The position numbers were made by a program, and so were the translations under genes. Below the pieces are notes generated by a model. It saw only the letters and a program-made list of their open reading frames with translations. It ran no database searches and was not told the origin of the DNA. DNA of 34,669 nt from a virus. Its lineage: Duplodnaviria; Caudoviricetes. Positions 26,149 through 34,511 of the stretch are shown in pieces. The stretch lies in the IMG/VR virus record IMGVR_UViG_3300032225_002837, positions 1 to 34,669 of that record; one strand, written 5' to 3'. Each line of letters begins with the position of its first letter. Positions within the stretch are counted from its first letter, which is position 1.

Positions 26149-27072
26149 ATGAAAATTCGAGTCCTCCGCTTCTCATGGGTTCCGGAATTTATCCCCAAAG
26201 CGGCACCCGCTATTCTGGCTTTTGAGCAAATGCAGCGGAATGCAGGCCAGGAAATTGGAAGATATTCCGTCGCGGCAATGAAAGATGGGGAGTGGTGGAC
26301 TGGATTCTTGTTAAAAATCCGGGACTCCAGGGCATTCACGAAACAACGGCTGGAGAACGGAACTGTTGTTTTTGGAGCTGAAAGACTGGAAGACGGAGAA
26401 AAACTCGCGGAAGGAAATTTTTTCGTGGCGCATGAGTCCAACGGGCATGGCCTCTACTGTTATCACCACATGTCCGCATCCCTTCTGGGGGATTTTGGGT
26501 ATGTTGCGGGTCGAATGTTCAGTGTGGCTGTGAAGAATCTGCGCGACGCTCTTGTGAAGGAGCATGGCCCGTCCTCCAAAGAGACCAAGGCTGGAAAGAA
26601 GGCCTTGGCCGGGAAATTGATAATTGCGCAGACGCTCAGGCCCGGCACATTCAACGACTATGTCAGAAAGTTGAAGGAAATTTACACCCTGGAGGCCAAT
26701 TTGGTTTCTTTCGAGATGAAGAAAAAGACATTTGTGACATTCAATAAGTTCGCTCGCCGGAAAAAAATCTCACTGAGTTTTGATTCTAATGCGCCAATGG
26801 GTCAAATCGCCAATGCAATTGCCGATCTCAACTCCAATCATGAATTTGAGAATGCTACGGTGTCTGGGAAAGATCAGTATGGTTACGATCAAACCTACAA
26901 ACTCGCCAAAGACGCTCAGGTATTCGATGAGTGGGACTACGATGAGATGGTTGTGTCCGGAGATATCCGGTTTAACGACATCCCCGGCTCGATTGCAGCA
27001 TCTCCGATCATTGCTAAATTAAAGGACGCGATTTCCCAACCCAACACCAGGAAGATGCTTGGCATCCCATAA
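26149..27072 (+). CDS. RexA/DUF4747-like soluble protein, putative defence sensor
   Basis: AT-rich moron. Motif spacing resembles lambda RexA as recalled. TATAAT at 26102-26107 upstream. Confidence 0.6.
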   Translation: MKIRVLRFSWVPEFIPKAAPAILAFEQMQRNAGQEIGRYSVAAMKDGEWWTGFLLKIRDSRAFTKQRLENGTVVFGAERLEDGEKLAEGNFFVAHESNGHGLYCYHHMSASLLGDFGYVAGRMFSVAVKNLRDALVKEHGPSSKETKAGKKALAGKLIIAQTLRPGTFNDYVRKLKEIYTLEANLVSFEMKKKTFVTFNKFARRKKISLSFDSNAPMGQIANAIADLNSNHEFENATVSGKDQYGYDQTYKLAKDAQVFDEWDYDEMVVSGDIRFNDIPGSIAASPIIAKLKDAISQPNTRKMLGIP

Positions 27073-27080
27073 ATTAAAGC

Positions 27081-27665
27081 ATGCGGGCTTTTCTGTGGAT
27101 TTTGTTATTTTCTCTGGCGCTGGCATGCGGCCTCTGCATTTGGTTCGTTATCAGCAGGGGCACTGATGCAAATGGAGACTGGGTGTGGGTAGTTCTGTAT
27201 CAATCCGCTCTCCGCGCTCCACTTTTCACAGGCTGTCTCACGGTGGGGAGCTTTTTGCTCACCCTCAAAGCGACAATCATCATGCGCATAAAAGAAATTT
27301 ACGATGACCCAGATTACGAAACATCGTGGGAGGTCTATCAAGAACAGCGCAAAAATGAAGCCCCTGGCTGCGCTATCCCTGGCTACTACGACTCCTTCAA
27401 GAATCTGGGAGTGGCTTTGATGGCCAATGTGGTTTTGGCTCTTGTCACCTCGGTTCTCCAACTCACATTGGGATTTGTTTCGAACCCTTGGGCTGTTGGC
27501 TTTTGTCTGGGATTCGGTGCAACAACAATCTGTCTCTTGATTTTCCTTTGGTGGCAAATTACCTGCAACTTGATGAAGTGGTTCGAAGGGTTGGAGGCCA
27601 AGCGAAACCGCCTGAAACGAGGGACTGTTAGCCCGGCGTCTTCTCCCCCCCCAGCCCAGCCCTAG
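27081..27665 (+). CDS. 4-TM membrane protein, putative RexB-like effector
   Basis: Four hydrophobic segments. Starts 8 bp after the partner gene. AT-rich. Confidence 0.65.
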   Translation: MRAFLWILLFSLALACGLCIWFVISRGTDANGDWVWVVLYQSALRAPLFTGCLTVGSFLLTLKATIIMRIKEIYDDPDYETSWEVYQEQRKNEAPGCAIPGYYDSFKNLGVALMANVVLALVTSVLQLTLGFVSNPWAVGFCLGFGATTICLLIFLWWQITCNLMKWFEGLEAKRNRLKRGTVSPASSPPPAQP

Positions 27666-28141
27666 CGGCTGTTCTGCTGGCGAGCCGTTTCCACCACCGC
27701 GTCTGCCATGTCGAGCATGGCTTGCGCGAATTGCGCGAGGCCGATCACCCCGCCCATTTTGAGGAGCAGGATTCCTCCGGTCACCACGATCGCGGCGACA
27801 TCCAGCCTGGCCAGCGAATCCACCCACAACGCGACAAGACCCACGATCGCGAAGGCCGCCGTCCACAGGATCATATTCCGCGCCAGCCCGTATCGGGATG
27901 CGGCGCGCAGCTCCTTGAGGTGGCCGGGAATCGCGGTGTTAGAGGACGCTTTGACTTCCGTTTTTTTCTGCGAATCAGTGTTCCGAAACCACGAAGAATA
28001 TGTCGCCCAATCCGAGCCGCCTTCGGGGCAAATCATATCCTCTTCGATCAGTTTTTTTTCCCAAAGGCTCTGCAGCTCACTCATGGAAACTGGTCCCGCC
28101 GCAGATCCATTCGACATGTAAAAAAAATTCTGGGAGTTCAT
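27662..28141 (-). CDS. GYF_2 (DUF4339)-domain membrane protein
   Basis: FY..NG...GPVS..EL..L...I....ICPEGGSDW followed by two TM helices. Confidence 0.75.
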   Translation of the reverse strand: MNSQNFFYMSNGSAAGPVSMSELQSLWEKKLIEEDMICPEGGSDWATYSSWFRNTDSQKKTEVKASSNTAIPGHLKELRAASRYGLARNMILWTAAFAIVGLVALWVDSLARLDVAAIVVTGGILLLKMGGVIGLAQFAQAMLDMADAVVETARQQNSR

Positions 28142-28192
28142 TTTCGTTGACCTTCGCTAACACACCTCACGGCGGGGCGACAAGAATTACCC

Positions 28193-28543
28193 TCACTTCC
28201 CCCGCTTCCCCTTCCCGCTTTCTGGGCGGCGCAATGCATCCAAGGTCGCTAAGATTTCTTTGAGCTTTTCACCGGTTGAAGTAAGGGCCTCCTCGAGTGA
28301 TTCAGCGCGAGATTCCGTAGCGGGTGTGTTTTTCAAACTCACTCCTGGATCGGGACCGCCCATCAGAAGCCATTCCATCGAGACCCCAAGCAATTTGCTG
28401 AGTGCATACAGCTCCGCAGCCTTGGGGATTCTTCCGTTGAGATAACGCGAAATTGCAGCTTGGGAGCAACCAGCAGCATTCGCCAAGTCAGCCTGCTTGA
28501 GACGTGCCCTTTCCATTTCGGAATAGAGGCGCTCTCCAAACAA
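28193..28543 (-). CDS. XRE-family HTH phage repressor (start uncertain: ATG 28516, TTG 28543 or GTG 28582)
   Basis: LKQADLANAAGCSQAAISRYLNGRIP..LYALSKLLGVSMEWLL. Divergent from the early operon. No S24 peptidase domain. Confidence 0.88.
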   Translation of the reverse strand: MFGERLYSEMERARLKQADLANAAGCSQAAISRYLNGRIPKAAELYALSKLLGVSMEWLLMGGPDPGVSLKNTPATESRAESLEEALTSTGEKLKEILATLDALRRPESGKGKRGK

Positions 28544-28547
28544 ATTT

Positions 28548-28606
28548 ATACCGGATGGTATTTTTTCTAGTGACAAATTCACCGTTTGGTATATTCCATT
28601 TGGTAA
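28548..28606. promoter_or_regulatory. Three 14-bp operator-like palindromes in the genetic switch
   Basis: ATACCggatGGTAT (28548), TCACCgtttGGTAT (28579), ATTCCatttGGTAA (28593). Confidence 0.7.
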
Positions 28607-28798
28607 ATGATGCGGCAACGAACCGAAAAAAGCAAACGCAACTCGAGACGGCAGGTCCGCTTCCCAGGCATCTGCGAGTTCGCCAAGAGCGCGAAGGTCA
28701 CGCGCATCCACGCCTACCGCGTGCTCACCGGCGAGCGCCGCAGCCCCCGCCTCGAAAAGCTCTGGTCCGCTTTCCTCCACCAGCACCCCAACCCATGA
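28607..28798 (+). CDS. Ner/Cro-like HTH regulator
   Basis: GICEFAKSAKVTRIHAYRVLTGERRS. First gene divergent from the repressor. Confidence 0.75.
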   Translation: MMRQRTEKSKRNSRRQVRFPGICEFAKSAKVTRIHAYRVLTGERRSPRLEKLWSAFLHQHPNP

Positions 28799-29019
28799 AA
28801 ATCGAAAACCTCACCATGCACCGGGATCGCCAAGTCCCCGGCCAGATCCGCGCCTGGCGCTGCCCGGTCTCCTTCGACCTCGCCGGCCAACGCTTCGAAA
28901 CCCTGTGGGAATACGACGAAGCGATCGCCGAGCCCGATCACATCCAGCGAATCCTCGCCGACAGCCTCCTGCTCCTTCTCCGCAACGACGGCTTCCAACC
29001 CATCCACACCCACGAATGA
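28795..29019 (+). CDS. Hypothetical early protein (74 aa)
   Basis: ATGA-coupled on both sides, C-ending codon bias. Confidence 0.7.
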   Translation: MKIENLTMHRDRQVPGQIRAWRCPVSFDLAGQRFETLWEYDEAIAEPDHIQRILADSLLLLLRNDGFQPIHTHE

Positions 29020-29264
29020 AAAACCCCGGCTCCGATCCCCAAGGCGATTTCAACTTCGACCACCAGTTGCCCGCCGGCATGGAGACCTTCTCCGTGCGCT
29101 TTCTCGCCACTTGGTTCAAGTGCACCCCCCAGCACTGGATCAACCTCGTCGAGCAGGGAGCCATCGCCGCCATCGACCTCCGCAGCCCCGGAGCCAGCAA
29201 ATCCATGCTCCGGATCACCCGCTCCGAAGTCGTCCGCTACATCCACTCCAAAAAAACCGAATGA
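29016..29264 (+). CDS. Excisionase-like winged-HTH DNA-binding protein
   Basis: FSVRFLATWFKCTPQHWINLVEQGAI..LRITRSEV. Confidence 0.7.
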   Translation: MKNPGSDPQGDFNFDHQLPAGMETFSVRFLATWFKCTPQHWINLVEQGAIAAIDLRSPGASKSMLRITRSEVVRYIHSKKTE

Positions 29265-29291
29265 GCCCCAACCCTCAACCCGCCATCCGGC

Positions 29292-29717
29292 CTACCTGGC
29301 CAGCGCATAAGCGACCAGGCAGATGGTTGCGCCGCATAGGCTCGTCACGAATCCTACTTCGGCTGCTCGGATTCAAAAGGGTCTTGGTGATGTTACGATG
29401 GGCCCGGAAAATCCGCCGGCATCTCCTCGCTGGAGGGCTTTATACAGCTCTTCCGACAACTTCATCGATAGAGCGGCGTATTTCGCTGTTTCGCCATATA
29501 GGCAGGCTCCACCGCTTAGGATGGCAATGCCAAGTGCTACCCATGCCGCCTGCATCCAGCATTGGGCCGTCTCTGTGGTGTTCGTGCCCGCATCCATGCC
29601 AGCCAGCAATGTCAACGCCCCGGCCGCAAGCAAGTGCAGATGGCGCATCCACGCGGCCTTCGCGGCATCCCTCCGCTCGGTCATCCCATGCAGCGTGTTC
29701 AAATCATTCTGCAACAT
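29292..29717 (-). pseudogene. Antisense 3-TM membrane protein gene interrupted by in-frame TGA at 29373-29375
   Basis: After the TGA the frame continues IRAAEVGFVTSLCGATICLVAYALAR-TAG, a third TM helix. Confidence 0.55.
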
Positions 29718-29751
29718 CCCTGCATCCTGCCAACCCCGCCCCACTCCGCCC

Positions 29752-29782
29752 ACTGAAAACTGAACCCTGAAAACTGAAAACT
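29752..29782. repeat. 7-bp tandem repeat (CTGAAAA x4, one degenerate)
   Basis: ctgaaaa ctgaacc ctgaaaa ctgaaaa immediately before ATG 29786. Confidence 0.8.
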
Positions 29783-29785
29783 TCT

Positions 29786-30610
29786 ATGCCTTCCCAACTC
29801 CAACCCGCCGTCCCGCTCACCGAAGTCTCCGATTTTTCCGAGGATGCTCTCCTCGGCACCCAGCTCACCGCCCAATACCGCCGCGCCGTCTCCGGCATGA
29901 CCGAAGTCCTCAAGTTCGGCGCCATGCTCATGCAGGTGGAAAACACCTTGTCCAATGTGGACAAGGTGTCGGCTCGAGGGCATCAGGTAACCGGCAATGG
30001 CATTAAAGGCGGCGGCCTCAAAGGCTGGCTGGAAGCGCACGCCCCCGAAATCAGCCGCCCCACCGCCCTCCGCTTCCTCGGCATCACCAAGGCGATCGCC
30101 GTCGAATACCAGAACATCGTCGGGGCGCGCGTGGCCAAACGCTTCGACCTGCCCGCCCTCGTCCTCACCGACAAGGACGAACTCCCCGAGGAGGCCCAGA
30201 TCAAGCAACTCGAGCTCTTCGACTATGTCGCCGGCACGAGCCAGCGCAGTTGGCTCGACCGCTTCAAGCCCGTGGAGAGCCACCAGACCTACCACCCCCC
30301 GCGCCGCATGCGCACGGTGGATGAGGAGGGCGAGCCGCTGCCCCCGGCCGAACTCGCCGCCCAGGCCGCCCGCGAGCACGAACTCGTCGTCTCCCGCCTG
30401 CGGCAGGACAACGGCCTGCTCATGGACTCCCTCGAGCGCTTCACCCGCAAAAAGCACTACCAGGTCTGGAACGATGCCGAACTCGATGCCGCCCATGTCT
30501 ATCTCAGCGAGGCCCTCCGCGCCGTCGAGTCCTGGCGGCGCATGCCCAAGGGCCAGCGCCTCGCCAGCTGCGTGCAGGAGGAAATCGCCACCTGGAAAGG
30601 CCTGCGCTGA
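29786..30610 (+). CDS. DUF3102-like early protein
   Basis: VLKFGAMLMQV..GLKGWLEAHAPEISRPTALRFL. Lies upstream of the transposase, as in other Mu-like phages. Confidence 0.65.
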   Translation: MPSQLQPAVPLTEVSDFSEDALLGTQLTAQYRRAVSGMTEVLKFGAMLMQVENTLSNVDKVSARGHQVTGNGIKGGGLKGWLEAHAPEISRPTALRFLGITKAIAVEYQNIVGARVAKRFDLPALVLTDKDELPEEAQIKQLELFDYVAGTSQRSWLDRFKPVESHQTYHPPRRMRTVDEEGEPLPPAELAAQAAREHELVVSRLRQDNGLLMDSLERFTRKKHYQVWNDAELDAAHVYLSEALRAVESWRRMPKGQRLASCVQEEIATWKGLR

Positions 30611-30612
30611 CC

Positions 30613-32466
30613 ATGTCCGCCACCGCTCTCCATCACGCCCCGCACGATGCGCGCTCCAAGGCGCTCTTCTGGATGTCGCTCCTCGAGCCCGTGCTCTCGC
30701 AGCCCTCCGGCCACTGCGCCGCGCTCAAGGCCATCGCCCTCGAGCACGGCCTGCCCCTCGGCACCCTCGAGCGCAAGTTCTACCTCGCCCGCAAGGGCGG
30801 CCTCGCCGCCCTCATCGACCGCCGCGCCTGCGGCCCCCGCGCCTGGAACACCACCGCCCCCTCCGGCCTCAGCCCCCACGACTGCGACCTCCTCGCCATC
30901 TATGTCGAGCGCAACCAGCGCAAATCCACCCCCGCCATCCGCGCCCTCCTGCGCGACTGGGCCACCGGCAAGATCACCACCCCCACCCCCATCGACATCA
31001 AGACCGGCTACCCGCGCGGCTGGTCCGAAAGCAACCTGCTGAAAAACCTCCCCAACCGCTTCGAACTCCAAATCGCCCGCCACGGATCCTCCGCCGCCGC
31101 CGCCGAGCGCCGCCTCGTTTACACCACCCGCGCCAACCTCTGGGTCGGCTCCCATTACCTCTTCGACGACATCTGGCACGACAACTTCGTCAACAACCTC
31201 GACACCCGCCAGGCCGGCCGCCCGCTCGAATTCCACGCCCTCGATCTCTATTCCGCCTGCAAATTCGCCTGAGGCATGCGCGTGCGCACCCCAGGCCAAA
31301 ACGGCAAAATGGAGCACCTCAAGGAGGCCGACATGCGCTTCCTCCTCGCCTGCGTCCTTGGCACCCACGGCTACTCCCCGCGCGGCACCACCCTCGTCGT
31401 CGAGCGCGGCACCGCCGCCATCCGCGAGGATGTCGAGCGCATCCTCCACGAGGAATCCGACGGCCTCATCCAGGTCGCCCGGGGCGGCATGGATGGCGCG
31501 GCCGCCGCCGCCCACCAATACGCCGGGCGCGCCAAAGGCAACTTCCGCTTCAAGGCCGCCCTCGAGACCCTCGGCAACCTCATCCACAACGAACTCGCCG
31601 CCCTGCCCGGCCAGACCGGCATGGACCGCGACCACCGCCCCGAGCAGCTCCACGGCCTCCTCAAGGAAAACGACGCCCTGCTCCTCGCCGTCTCCCAACT
31701 CCCGCCCGGCCTCGCCGAGCAACTCCGCTGGCCCCTCCTCACCATCCAGCAATTCCGCCACCTCGCCGGGCAAATCTACGCCCGCATCAACTCCCGCTCC
31801 CAACACGAACTCGAAGGCTGGGACACCCACTACACCCCCGATCCCCGCACCGGCCTCATGCGCCGCCTCTCCCCGCAGGAGGTCTGGAGCCCCGGAGCCC
31901 GCCAGCTCGTGCGCCTCCGCCCCGAATCCATCGCCCTTCTCCTCCTCCAGGACCAGGGCATCGAACTCACCACCCGCCGCCAGCAATTCGAACTCCGCGA
32001 CGCCGAAATCTCCGGCGACCTCCTGCGCTTCGACGCCCGCCTGCTCAAAGACCGCGAGAAATACCTCTGCGTCCTCAACCCCTACGATCCCTCCGCCCTC
32101 CATGTCTTCGACGCGCGCGGCCGCTTCGTCACCGCCTGCCCCCGCATCTGGGCCGTCGATCGCGGCGATCTCGACGCCGTGCACCGCGAGTGCGGAGCCG
32201 CTGCACAAGCCTTTACCGAAGCCGTCAAACCCTACCGCGAACGCCACTCCAGGGAAGCCCGCGAACTCGCCGCCGCCCGCCGCCACAACGCCGAAATCCT
32301 CCGCCGCCCCGCCAGCGAAAAACCCGTCTCCCAAGCCACCGCCGCCCGCATCGGCCGCGAATCCGGCGACATCGAGGACTTCCTCCCCGACGACGAGGCC
32401 CGGCCCGAAATCACCTGGTCCGAATCCCACGACCGCGAAATCGACGACATGGACCAGCTCACCTAG
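30613..32466 (+). pseudogene. MuA-like DDE transposase split by one in-frame TGA (31270-31272)
   Basis: ORFs 30613-31272 and 31276-32466 share a frame. HTH, then FDDIWHD..LDLYSACKFA*G, KAALE..NLIHNE, and a Mu-type C-terminal NPYDP..HVFDARGRF. Adjacent to MuB. Confidence 0.85.
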
Positions 32467-32480
32467 CCCACCCACCCTTT

Positions 32481-33554
32481 ATGCAAACCCAACCCGACAC
32501 CCAACCCGAAGACCCAAGCCTCGTCCCCAGCGACGGCCTCAACATGCGATCCCTCACCGGCGATGTCATCGTCGCCGCCACCCGGGATCTCCCCGATGAC
32601 CAGCGCGACGCCATCCGCTGGCTCCACGCCTTCGCCCGCGAAAACCAGTGGAACCTCACCCGCCTCTCCGAGGAATGCAAAGTGAGCGTCACCACGCTCT
32701 ACCGCGTCTTCACCGGCAAATACGGCGCCAAACTCGACAACCTCGTCGAGCGCATCGAGAGCTACCGCAAGCTCGCCGAGGCGCGCGGCACCATCGGCGA
32801 CGCCCCCTTCGCCCTCACCTCCATCGCCCGCAAGATCGATAAAACCTGCGATTGGGCGCTCATCAGCCAATCCATCGCCTTCATCTTCGGCAACCGGGGC
32901 CTTGGCAAAACCCTCGCCTTCGAGCGCCGCCGCGAAACCCACAACCACGGCCAGACAAAACTCATCCGCATGCCCGCCAGCGCCGGCGTGCAGCTCATGA
33001 TGAAGGAAATCGCCCGCGCCTGCTACCTCTCGCCCAACTCCTGCTTCGACAACCTGCGCGAGCGCGTCCTCCACGCCATCGACCACACCAACCTCTTGAT
33101 CATCGACGAACTCCACCAGGTCTTCCTCTCCTACCAGAAAGGCAGCGCCATCAAGTGCCTCGAGGTCATCCGCGAAATCCACGACCGCACCAAGTGCGGC
33201 ATGGTCCTCTGCGGCACCACCCAGCTCAAAAAGGAAATCCTCCTCGGCCAGCACGCCGAACTCCTCGAGCAATTCACGGATCGCGGCATCCTCAAGGTCC
33301 AACTCCCCGCCCGGCTCCCCCGCGCCGATGTCCTCCTCATCGCCAAAGGCTACGGCCTCCAGGAGGAACCCGAAGGCGATGCCTTCGAACTCATCGAGGA
33401 GCTCATGGCCGCCCGCTCCCTGCGCAAATTCGGGAAACTCCTCCAAGCCTCCCGCCGCCTCGCCTCCAAGGAGCGCGTCCCCGTCACCTGGGCCCACTTC
33501 GTCAAAGCCCACGACATCCTCGCCAAACTCGAAAGGGGAGGGGACCGCGAATGA
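32481..33554 (+). CDS. MuB-like AAA+ transposition ATPase
   Basis: N-terminal HTH, Walker A GNRGLGKT, Walker B LLIIDE, IREIHD..GMVLCGT. Start at 32481. Confidence 0.92.
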   Translation: MQTQPDTQPEDPSLVPSDGLNMRSLTGDVIVAATRDLPDDQRDAIRWLHAFARENQWNLTRLSEECKVSVTTLYRVFTGKYGAKLDNLVERIESYRKLAEARGTIGDAPFALTSIARKIDKTCDWALISQSIAFIFGNRGLGKTLAFERRRETHNHGQTKLIRMPASAGVQLMMKEIARACYLSPNSCFDNLRERVLHAIDHTNLLIIDELHQVFLSYQKGSAIKCLEVIREIHDRTKCGMVLCGTTQLKKEILLGQHAELLEQFTDRGILKVQLPARLPRADVLLIAKGYGLQEEPEGDAFELIEELMAARSLRKFGKLLQASRRLASKERVPVTWAHFVKAHDILAKLERGGDRE

Positions 33555-33757
33555 ACCCCTGCCTCCTCTGCCTGCCCTACTTCGGAGCCGATTCCCCCGC
33601 CGGAACCCTCCAATCCGTGGGCATCGGCCTCGTCTGCCCCGAGTGCAAGCAACACACCCAGGCCGCATTCGACGAACTTGCCTGCGTCCCAGGAATCCTC
33701 TCCGCCGTCATTCCCGACGGCCAACGCAACAACCAACCCTCCAAACCAACCAAATGA
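33551..33757 (+). CDS. Small zinc-finger protein (68 aa)
   Basis: CLLC...CPEC. ATGA-coupled. Confidence 0.65.
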   Translation: MNPCLLCLPYFGADSPAGTLQSVGIGLVCPECKQHTQAAFDELACVPGILSAVIPDGQRNNQPSKPTK

Positions 33758-34020
33758 AAAAACCAACCACCGCACCCGACATGTCCAAACAATACCGCCG
33801 CGAACTCCGCGACATCCAAAAGCAACTCGCCAAAACCGACCGTGAACAGCTCGCCGTGACCATTTCCACGGAGCGGGAGATTGCCCGAATCGTCACGCTC
33901 GGCAACCGCCAAATCCGCGCCCTCCTCCGCCACGCGGACAAACTCGCCAAGGGCGCAGTCAAGCGCATCAAGGCCCTTCAACGCCGCGAAGCCATCCTCA
34001 TCGGCCGCCTCGCCTCCTGA
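33754..34020 (+). CDS. Basic coiled-coil hypothetical protein
   Basis: ATGA-coupled, codon bias. Confidence 0.7.
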   Translation: MKKPTTAPDMSKQYRRELRDIQKQLAKTDREQLAVTISTEREIARIVTLGNRQIRALLRHADKLAKGAVKRIKALQRREAILIGRLAS

Positions 34021-34040
34021 ACCTCAACCCCCATCCCGCC

Positions 34041-34511
34041 ATGACCACCACACAAGCCGTCGATCGAGGTCTCGAAATCCGCGCCCAAATCACCGAACTC
34101 GAGGACAAACTTTCGATTATCGAGGAACATCTCCGCCAAGCCGCCCTCCAGGGCGAGCAGGTCGAACTCCAGGACCCCGACCGCGAAGGCCGCCAATGGA
34201 TCGCCCGAGGCACGGAAAACGCCGTGCCCGTGGTTCTCACCGCCGATCTCGTCACCCAATCCTTCCAGGATGGATCGATTCTTCACGCCAGGCTCGAAGG
34301 CATGGCCAACGGGAAGCTTCCGCTCCTCTACCGGCCTGTCACCACCTGGAAAATCCTTCCCAAATCCGGCAAGGCCTTCCGGCTCGAAGCCGCTTCCCTC
34401 CTCGGTCAAACCGCGCCCGCCTTCATCAGCGCCGCCATCGTGCGCGACAAAACCGGCATCCCCAAATCCCAAATCAAGGTCGAGTGGAACCGCGCGGAGG
34501 AACTCGCATGA
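34041..34511 (+). CDS. Hypothetical early protein (156 aa)
   Basis: Codon bias, N-terminal coiled coil. Confidence 0.75.
   Translation: MTTTQAVDRGLEIRAQITELEDKLSIIEEHLRQAALQGEQVELQDPDREGRQWIARGTENAVPVVLTADLVTQSFQDGSILHARLEGMANGKLPLLYRPVTTWKILPKSGKAFRLEAASLLGQTAPAFISAAIVRDKTGIPKSQIKVEWNRAEELA

Noticed and set aside
25953-26441. 162-aa minus ORF and upstream extensions of the lysis genes to 25803/25912
   Set aside because: They overlap the RexA-like gene or the structured leader. Coupled downstream ATGs are better starts.
29292-32466. Genome-wide TGA reassignment (code 4/25) or selenocysteine
   Set aside because: Many genes end in TGA with ATGA coupling and TGG is used for Trp. No convincing SECIS-like hairpin follows either TGA.
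29997-32480. N-terminal ~830 aa of the 1185-aa ORF
   Set aside because: Pro/Arg-rich off-frame read of C-rich genes. Only the MuB part from ATG 32481 is credible.
30499-33668. Long minus-strand ORFs of 658 and 401 aa
   Set aside because: Shadows of MuA and MuB.
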